A stretch of 64,000 nt of DNA from Eledone cirrhosa. Its lineage: Eukaryota. The position numbers and the translations under genes are program-made. The notes beneath the pieces are model-generated. The model was given only the letters and a program-made list of their open reading frames with translations, searched no databases and was not told the DNA's origin. Shown in pieces: positions 54,788 through 64,000 of the stretch (positions are counted from its first letter, which is position 1; every line of letters starts with the position of its first letter). The DNA lies in the NCBI GenBank assembly GCA_964016885.1, contig OZ024743.1:278504001-278568000 (forward strand), in the 5' to 3' direction.

Positions 54788-56473
54788 TATATTATAAATA
54801 AATATGTTGGTTTGTGACGATAAAATATATCATTTGGGAACAGGGTTTTTCATTAAACAATATAATCATATTACAAACATTAATGCTGTGAATAATATTT
54901 CAATATATTCCAAACAATTTTATAGTTACTAAGATTATCTGACTAAATATATTTTTGATAAAATAGTGTATAATGATATTTGCCGATTGTTGATACTGAT
55001 TAAATTGTCCTCTAAGTATTTTCCAAAATAACCTAACATAAATTGTTAGGAATATATCCTTGATCCTGATAGATCGTTCTTACCTAGAGATTTTGACTTT
55101 TGACAGAGCAACATTTTACCACTCTCACCTGTGTTCGGCCCCATGAGGAGTAATTTCCATAGTCGTTCAGAAAAAGCTCGGCGACGCTGGTTTAACCTCT
55201 ACGTTTAGCGACCTAAAACCATTTAGCACCTGACCTTGCTTCCAGGCACCACTTAGGCCAAGTGCATTCACTCATCTCACTCCCAATAGTTTGGAGAACA
55301 AACTATTTAATTTACGGTTCGTGTTGATATGTATTGTGTGTTATCAGTTTCTTAAAAGTCATTCTCATTATTTTAGGGATTAGGGTGTTTTAAACTGTCA
55401 GATGACCATTAGGAATTTCTAAAAAATAATTGTTTATACTCTAAATTTTGTCCTCGCCAGGTGTGTGACTTTTGCAGTTTTTTAGGGGTGTTTTCACCCT
55501 CTTCGTATTTTACTTAAATTTTTTTCGTAATAATATTCATGTTATGAACACTATCAATTCTTTGTTAATCTGAGAACAAAAACGACATTGAAGAGTGTTT
55601 ACTGTTCTTCGTCTTGCTGTTGTTGATGTTGATGTTGCATTTGTTGTTATTCCCTATGTTTAGAAAACACTAGCAGAAAACCATCCGAAGTGTGGTTTTC
55701 TGCTAGCCTGTGTAGTGTGAATATTGATATTATACACAAGTATATATACATGTAGATATGATACATCAAATAAAATCGTAATTGAAAATATACACAGAAA
55801 TTGAACGAAGACTGCGTTACACTGTCTTATGTAATCAGTAACGTAATCCATTGGCGAAAATATATGACTGTTTATTTAAGCGATCGATAACCGGAAGTGT
55901 TGACATTAGAAAATTTTAAAGAAATGAATCTTAAAATAAGCGACAAAATTATTTATATTTAATCAAGAATAACGAAATTTAGTAGATAAATTATGTAATA
56001 TCCATTCATTATTTATTCAAAATAAAGAAAGCATTATTTATTCAAAGTAACCGAACTTATTTTACAAACGGGATAAAAATATATATTCTGGACGTTGTCC
56101 CGCACTTCTCCCTTTATCATAGTTTAGATAACGTGATGGCAACGATTGGAATGATTTTCATCATAATCCTGTCAAATCATGAGGCTAAATAATAAGTGGG
56201 GCTTAACACAATTGGAATTGTAGGAGAACCAGCGAAATTGTACATATTTCTTATGTGTTTTGATCATTCTATCATCCTGGCGGTAACTTGGTGATAGGGA
56301 GTTTTTTTCTGTTTTCAGCGTCCATATTCAGGTTATCTCCTATATTCATATCTTTATGTTTGGACAATTCCTTAATTTCTATGAGAAATACTGTAACATC
56401 TGTTAGGACGAATTTGTCTATTAAAAGAAATATCGTCTCCAGTTGATCTTAGACAGCATTATTTGTGTACTAA

Positions 56474-56872
56474 GGCGGTGGATTGGCAGTATGGGTAGAT
56501 GGTCGGATGCCATGCTTTCCAGCATAGTTACGTCCCTTTACGATCTGAGTTCAAATCCCGCCGAGGTTGACTTTGCCTTTCATCCTTACGGGGTCGATAA
56601 AATAAAGTACCAGTAATGCACTGGGTAATTGCTGGCCTTGTGCCAAATGTAGAAACAATTATTTGTGTACTTTGTCTACTTAAGGGTGGGGAATTGGCAG
56701 TATGGGTAGAGGGTCTGACATGCTTTCCAGCATAGTTACGTCCCTTTACGATCTGAGTTCAAATCCCGCCGAGGTTAACGTTGCCTTTCATCCTTACGGG
56801 GTCGATAAAATAAAGTACCAGTAATGTACTGGGTAATTGCTGGCCTTGTGCCAAAAGTAGAAATAATTATTT
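56474..56872 (+). mobile_element. Tandem pair of full-length SINEs
   Basis: Two consensus copies. ATTATTTGTGTACT occurs before, between and after them. Confidence 0.88.
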
Positions 56873-57079
56873 GTGTACTTTGGTTTATCCCAGATTATGA
56901 TTGCTGTGCCATTTTCTGAGAACCGTTTCTGATGTACCCCTATGTCACTTTTTTGTTGGTACTTCCTAACGTTTGTATGAAACATAATGTATATAAATAC
57001 CAACGATGCGTCTGTATTCCTTATTGGCTAAGATCGTAGCTAGTGACAATGTGATTAATTGTTTCTTTCCCATTTTCAG

Positions 57080-58030
57080 ATGTTCAGCATTTACCTAATT
57101 TATTCTGCTTCAGTGTGTGCATATAATGATTTCTAATCAGATGCTTTGGTTTTACAATCAAGATTCCTCCACTTCCAGTCCTGTGCTTCTCAGATGATGT
57201 TGCAAATTCTCCTTCTATATATTTTTGGTTATTTCCTTGTTCAACGTACTTCGGGTATTTATTAAGGAGCAATTCCATTGCTAATGTTTTATCATGTTAT
57301 TCTGTATTGCTGTTTTTAGTTTATATTTTAACCTCTTCACAATTTCTGTAGTTGTTACGTCATTTTTTCATATCTCAGTTTAGCCCCTTTATTATACTTG
57401 CTGGCTTCCTCGAAAATAGAAAACCTTTCTTCGATTTGCTCATGCTACTCTGCTGTAAGTATTTTGGTAGTCATACAGTGGCTATTTTATAACACTTTTC
57501 CAGTTGCATAAAACCTTTCTTTCATTCTATTCCTGGTAAATACAAGCGGCATATATCCTATATTTGGTCTTGTATACTAAATGAAGTAATTATTTGTCTT
57601 GTTTTTTTCTGTTTAGTTTTGTATTCAGTCAAGAATACTGTAAATATAATTTATCGCCTGAATAGATAGTATATTTATTCTTATTACATGATAATTTGTT
57701 GGTGCTGTTATGCTGTTATTTTTTAGTATTATTCAAATGCGTCAATAATATCCCTTCCTAATCTTTCCTTTCATTTATGTGTGTTTTACACTGCCTAGTA
57801 CATTTCTCCCATTTGATTTAATTCTCTTTTTTCGATTTCTTTCTCTAGCATGATATTAAAGTTATTAATGAATATTCCTCACTTCAGCGTTGCCTTGGCG
57901 CATGTTTCTAAACCGAATCTCATATCAATTTCACTGGTAAATCCATGTACAGTTTCCAGTAATGTTTTTTTAGTGGTTTATGATCAACAGCTTACATGAG
58001 GTTGTCCTTATATAGATGGTGGTTGATTGT
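57080..58030 (-). mobile_element. Highly decayed R4/Dong-like LINE RT C-terminal region
   Basis: Minus remnants MRFGLETCAKATLK, RLYLP...KGFMQLE and GILIV..HLIRNHY. Confidence 0.55.
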
Positions 58031-58239
58031 CTTATCATAGCATTTTTATCCGAGATCATATGTTAAAAGCATTATCATCAGTATTGTTGTTGCTGTTGTT
58101 GTTGTTGCTCTTCTTCTTCTTCTTCTTCTTCTTCTTCTTCTCATTAGTAGTAAAAGTAGAAGTGGTAGTAGTAGTAGCAGTAGTAGCAGCAGTAGTGGTG
58201 GTGGTAGTATTTGTAGTAGTAGCAGTAGTAGTGGTGGTG

Positions 58240-58314
<75 letters not shown>

Positions 58315-58537
58315 TATGTGTTGGTGCATTGGCAGAGAACTGCTACCCACTATAATTTATCAAGAGTACCTCAAACACACATACATTAGCATGAACGGAC
58401 ATAGACGCATGTAGACACCCAACACCCATACATACATATATTGTATTGACTAATTCACTACCCTTCACATACAGACACCCTTAGACATAAAGGCAGCCTT
58501 AGAATAATGAGAAACCTCACATGCTGTATACACATAT

Positions 58538-58720
58538 AATTGTTTACACTATTGGCGCAAGGCCAGCAATTATGTAGTAGATAACTGGTACTTTATTTTA
58601 TCGACCCCGTAAGGATGAAAGGCAAAGTTAACCTCGTAGGGATTTGAACTCAGAATGGCAAGGGCCCTAACTCTATGCGTCACAGCATGGCGTCCGACCC
58701 TCTACCAATACTGCCAATCC
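58538..58720 (-). mobile_element. SINE copy
   Basis: GGTACTTTATTTTATCGACCCCGTAAGGATGAAAGGCAAAG..TTTGAACTCAG..ACTGCCAATCC. Confidence 0.8.
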
Positions 58721-59207
58721 AAATGTATCTTAATGCTCCCTACCCTATATACACAAATACATATATGCATACATACACTGACACTCACAGAAACTACACA
58801 CACGTGCACTATACAGCAATTAAACAATTAAACACACGTAATTTAAACATACGCATACAAACACTAAGACAAACGCATATATAGACACTCGTATATAGGC
58901 ATATACGTACAAACATATACCTCTATATCTACCTAACAAAGGACACATAGCTAAATGTTATTAAAAATAAATTATAATTATAGATTTATGAAAAAATATA
59001 ATTTTAAATCATACATAAACAGTATAAATAAAAAAATCTATTTCACAAATTAAATATAATTTAAAACAAACAATAAATTGTAATGAAAAAATAATAAAAC
59101 AAAGCGAGACAAATTTAAAATATAAAAAAGAGTAAATTTTTGATGAAGAAAAATTCTTTTGTTTATTTAATGTTGCTTTGGCTTTTGTCTATGTTTCTTT
59201 TTATTTG

Positions 59208-59259
<52 letters not shown>

Positions 59260-59758
59260 GTATATATAAATGTAATTATTTTTATATATTTATTTGTTTC
59301 TCGTTCAATTTCATCATTTAATTAGATCCTAAGTTGGAAAGTCATCTGATTTTGCTGTAGAATTAACGAATGTTTCGCACTCTCACGAGACTGATTACTT
59401 CTAATTGAGCATTTCCAAAATTTCCTTCTAATTAGGCTGCTAGTGAGCAAGGTTAAATCAAAACACATTTGCAACTGCGAAAAACTGAAAACGAGGAAGG
59501 AAGTAAAAAGAAGAAATAAAAAAAATAGTATAAGAAAACGTAATATTTGGAGACATATTACTTCTTCCTTTATTTCTCCCCCCACTCTCTCTCTCTTCTA
59601 CCCCCTCTCACTCTCTCTCGCTTTCTCATTTTCTTTGTGTTTCTCTTTCTCTCACCCACTTTCTATACTATTTTTTTTATTACAAATTCGCACACGCACA
59701 CGTATTGCCTCATGTGCAATCACAGACTAATACACACAAACACAAACTCACACACACT

Positions 59759-59816
<58 letters not shown>

Positions 59817-60253
59817 ATATATGTAGGCTTTCGCACAGACACAGACTTAGACACACTGACTGTTACACACATAAGCTTACACACAGACACAATCACAGAT
59901 TGACACACACACACGCAGGCTGAAGCAGCGACACAGAGTCTCACACACATTGGCCCACACACACTAGTATAGACTCACATACACACACATAGGCTCACAC
60001 ACACAGTGTGCGTACATGTGTGTGTGAGCCTGACATATGCTCACGTACAGCTACAGACTTCCACACAGGCCATCTCACAAAAACTCACATATGCTTTAAT
60101 TAATAACAAAAGAAAAAAGTTAAAATGTATTAAATAATATAAGTTCAGCCATTGATAATTAATATGGTGATGATGCAAATGATGATGATACAGCTGAAGT
60201 CCATGAAAATTACAATTGTGGAAAGAGTAATAATGGGAGAGTAGTAGTAATAT

Positions 60254-60332
<79 letters not shown>

Positions 60333-61010
60333 TCTTTCAATAATGATAATTAGAAATAAATGAACTCCTAAGTAAAATTACTATTTCATTAATTTCACTA
60401 TTTTATCGTATTTTTTTCCTAATTTCTTTTCTCAGTTGTATTGCGGCGCGTCATCAAAGGATTTAGTCAATTACAACAACTCTAATACTTTTTCCGTGAC
60501 TTATTTCATCGATATAGCGAGGGACGAAAGAGGATGTCGAACCCGATGTATAGGGACGACGAAATATGGGCGGAACTAATTACCTCACGGTATTTTGTTC
60601 GATAAATGAGCTCAGACAAGACATCGTGAGTAGATACACACACATATATACGTATACACACTAGCATACACACGCAAAAAACACTCCATTGGCGCACACA
60701 CTACATGTGCATACACAGACACAGACACATAACCCGACGCACACATTCACACACAACCATGCAAACACCCCCCCCCCCATGTATATATATATATGTTGAC
60801 GGAAACAACAAAGCAAACAACACAGCACAATGAAGAAATATATTCGTTTAACGCTTGATATAGTAGAGAAAGAATCTTTACTTTTCAAAGAGTAGTCCAT
60901 TATCAGCAGATAGAATGGTAAATATATGATGAAATAGAATAATAGCGAGTGAGAAGAGGCATGAAAGGATAAACAATTTGTTTAGAAAAAGTACGAGTGT
61001 ATCCATCCAG

Positions 61011-61011
61011 C

Positions 61012-61042
<31 letters not shown>

Positions 61043-61191
61043 ATATATATATGTATATATATATATGTATATACATATGTATATATATATATGTGTATAT
61101 ATATGTGTATATATATATATGTGTATATATATATGTATATATATATATGTGTATATATATATGTATATATATATATGTGTATGTATATATG

Positions 61192-61222
<31 letters not shown>

Positions 61223-61594
61223 GTATATATATATATGTATATATATATGTATATATATATATGTGTGCATATATATATGTATATATATATATGTATATAT
61301 GTATATATATATATGTATATGTATATATGTATATATATATATATGTATATATGTATATATATATATATGTATATATGTATATATATATATGTATATATAT
61401 ATATGTATATATATATATGTATATATATATATGTATATATATGTATATATATATATGTATATATATGTATATTTATATATGTATATATATGTATATATAT
61501 ATATGTATATGTATATATATATATGTATATGTATATGTATATATATATGTATATGTATATATATATGTATATGTATATATATATGTATATGTAT

Positions 61595-61644
<50 letters not shown>

Positions 61645-61654
61645 GTATATGTAT

Positions 61655-61702
<48 letters not shown>

Positions 61703-61886
61703 GTATATGTATATGTATATATATATTTATGTATATATGTATATATATATATATGTATATGTATATATATATGTATATATATATGTATATGTATATGTAT
61801 ATATATATGTATATATATATATATATATATATGTATATGTATATATATATGTATATGTATATATACATGTATATATATATATGTAT

Positions 61887-61950
<64 letters not shown>

Positions 61951-61975
61951 GTATATGTATATGTATATATATTTA
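61011..61975. repeat. ~960-bp interrupted (TA)n/(TATG) microsatellite
   Basis: Directly visible. It is the source of the long Y/I/M/C-rich spurious ORFs. Confidence 0.97.
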
Positions 61976-62043
61976 TGCCCATCTGTGTCTAAAATATTTT
62001 GTTTTTTAATGTTGTTTAATAATCGCTTTAAGTTAAGTTTTTT

Positions 62044-63364
62044 ACTCACGGACGCTATTTTTTCTCTCTCTGCTCAATGGCCTTCGTTCGTGCTGGACTA
62101 TTCTTTCCCTAGCGCTCATATATTCACCTAGCTTACGCTAACAGAATAATTTTTGAAGCTTGTTTCTTTCCCACGGTATGCTATCTTTTCTGTTGTTCTC
62201 CTGTCTCACTCGCTTTACGCGTTTTAATTGTCCTAATAACTTATTTTGGTTATTATTGCACCGAAGTGAGATATATGATTTTTAATGCAATGAAATATCT
62301 ATGATCTTCGGCAAATCACTGATGAGGGACGTATTTTATTACATGTTACCATGTGCTACCTGCAGTATTTTTCTCTATATTTTAATACATATATTTACCA
62401 CTGCGATTCTGTGTTTTTTCTCTCTCTCTTACTGTTCCCCCATTCTCTCTGTTTCTCCCCCTCTGTCTTGTCCGTTAACTCTTCCTCACACTTTCACTCA
62501 CTCACTGTTTTTCTCCCTCTTCTCTTCATTTCATCCTGCACTCACGGACGCTATTTTTTCTCTCTCTGCTCAATGGCCTTCGTTCGTGCTGGACTATTCT
62601 TTCCCTAGCGCTCATATATTCACCTAGATTACGCTAACCGAATAATATTTGAAGCTTGTTTCTCTCCCACGGTATGCTATCTTTTCTGTTGTTCTCCTGT
62701 CTCACTCGCTTTACGCGTTTTAATTGTCCTAATAACTTATTTTGGTTATTATTGCACCGAAGTGAGATATATGATTTTTAATGCAATGAAATATCTATGA
62801 TCTTCGGCAAATCACTGATGAGGGACGTATTTTATTACATGTTACCATGTGCTACCTGCAGTATTTTTCTCTATATTTTAATACATATATTCACCACTGC
62901 GATTCTGTGTTTTTTTCTCTCTCTCTTACTGTTCCCCCATTCTCTCTGTTTCTCCCCCTCTGTCTTGTCCGTTAACTCTTCCTCACACTTTCACTCACTC
63001 ACTGTTTTTCTCCCTCTTCTCTTCATTTCATCCTGCACTCACGGACGCTATTTTTTCTCTCTCTGCTCAATGGCCTTCGTTCGTGCTGGACTATTCTTTC
63101 CCTAGCGCTCATATATTCACCTAGCTTACGCTAACAGAATAATTTTTGAAGCTTGTTTCTCTCCCACGGTATGCTATCTTTTCTGTTGTTCTCCTGTCTC
63201 ACTCGCTTTACGCGTTTTAATTGTCCTAATAACTTATTTTGGTTATTATTGCACCGAAGTGAGATATATGATTTTTAATGCAATGAAATATCTATGATCT
63301 TCGGCAAATCACTGATGAGGGACGTATTTTATTACATGTTACCATGTGCTACCTGCAGTATTTT

Positions 63365-63368
<4 letters not shown>
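62044..63368 (+). repeat. 2.7 near-identical tandem copies of a 496/497-bp non-coding unit with a hammerhead-like motif
   Basis: Units start at 62044, 62540 and 63037, with CTGATGA at 62319, 62815 and 63312. Embedded between microsatellites. Confidence 0.95.
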
Positions 63369-63428
<60 letters not shown>

Positions 63429-63430
<2 letters not shown>

Positions 63431-64000
63431 AAAAATGAATTTCATTTCTCACTCTTAGTACGGCTGATACTTAAATATAAGTATGTATATAAACATCGTT
63501 TCCCTTTTGTTCAACACTGAGTAAGGAACGATGAACTAGTTTCTAGTTTATTAGCTGTCATCAGCACCGTATACCTTCCTGTCAGTCGATTGAACGTTTG
63601 ATAGTATATACTTTCCTTATGCATATTAACGATTGTGCAGCCTAATTTGCATATCGAGTGAGTTAATCGGCCGGGTGTACCGAAAACGATAAATGGAAAA
63701 AATGAAATTTCATTTCTCACTCTTAGTACGGCTGTTACTTAAATATAAGTATGTATACGTACATACATATATGTATACAGACGTACAGTAATACATGCCC
63801 ACATATATATATGTAAGTATGGGTTTACCTAACATCTATTATAATGCTCGGTTTATTTGTAAACAAACAGCCCGAATTATTAGCCGTACAGTGTTTGGCA
63901 AGGAAGGTATACGATGTGATGACAGCTAATAAGCTAGAAACTAGTTCATCGTTCCTTAGTAAGTGTTTAACAAAAGGGCAACGATGGACGGCGAACACTG
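63429..64000. mobile_element. ~270-bp HHR unit with a 50-bp direct terminal repeat (63429, 63699) and a downstream inverted copy
   Basis: AAAATGAA.TTTCATTTCTCACTCTTAGTACGGCTG is repeated. 63493-63585 is inverted at 63898-63987. Confidence 0.75.
63528..63570 (-). ncRNA. Minimal type I hammerhead with palindromic stem III (plus sister 63911-63952 lacks C3)
   Basis: ACGGTG-CTGATGA-CAGCTAATAAACTA-GAAA-CTAG-TT-CATCGT. Confidence 0.75.

Noticed and set aside
60978-62131. Long 330-360 aa ORFs, and similar YI/CV/HT/LS-rich ORFs throughout the window
   Set aside because: They are translations of (TA)n, (CA)n, (TATG)n, (CT)n and trinucleotide microsatellites.
62261-62325. SECIS or box C/D snoRNA reading of the ATGA/CTGA motifs
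   Set aside because: The helix between ATGA and GA is too short for a SECIS. The C-to-D spacing is only ~45 nt and there is no canonical RTGATGA box C.
62200-62330. HDV-like ribozyme reading (GTCC...GGAC ends, TTTACGC loop)
   Set aside because: P1, P1.1 and P3 could not be assigned consistently in both family copies.

Overview
AT-rich, microsatellite-dense eukaryotic DNA, most likely a cephalopod such as Octopus (inferred from the repeat content). It is almost entirely transposon-derived and contains no securely identifiable host gene, only two candidate minus-strand exons. Recognisable elements are a Chapaev3 DNA transposon with TIRs and a TTA TSD, a mariner MITE, a Tc1/mariner fold-back, three non-autonomous Helitrons, RTE, RTE-X, L1/Tx1 and R4/Dong LINE relics, many copies of one tRNA-headed SINE, and several Penelope-like elements (PLEs). 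The main hidden structure is a dense set of short elements sitting in (TA)n tracts that carry hammerhead ribozyme (HHR) motifs: about 15 motifs with intact CUGANGA and GAAA boxes from roughly ten sequence families. Many are fold-back palindromes or ~270-500 bp tandem units resembling retrozymes or pLTRs. Two observations look undescribed to me. (i) A 496-bp tandem repeat and a diverged relative contain all hammerhead core strands in exact register and with covariation, but in the reverse of the normal strand order. (ii) An RCTC...GAGY hairpin begins the 3' tail of about seven unrelated families, just beyond where each inverted arm stops. All RNA structures were folded by eye and none is experimentally tested. 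Boundaries of degenerate elements are approximate.
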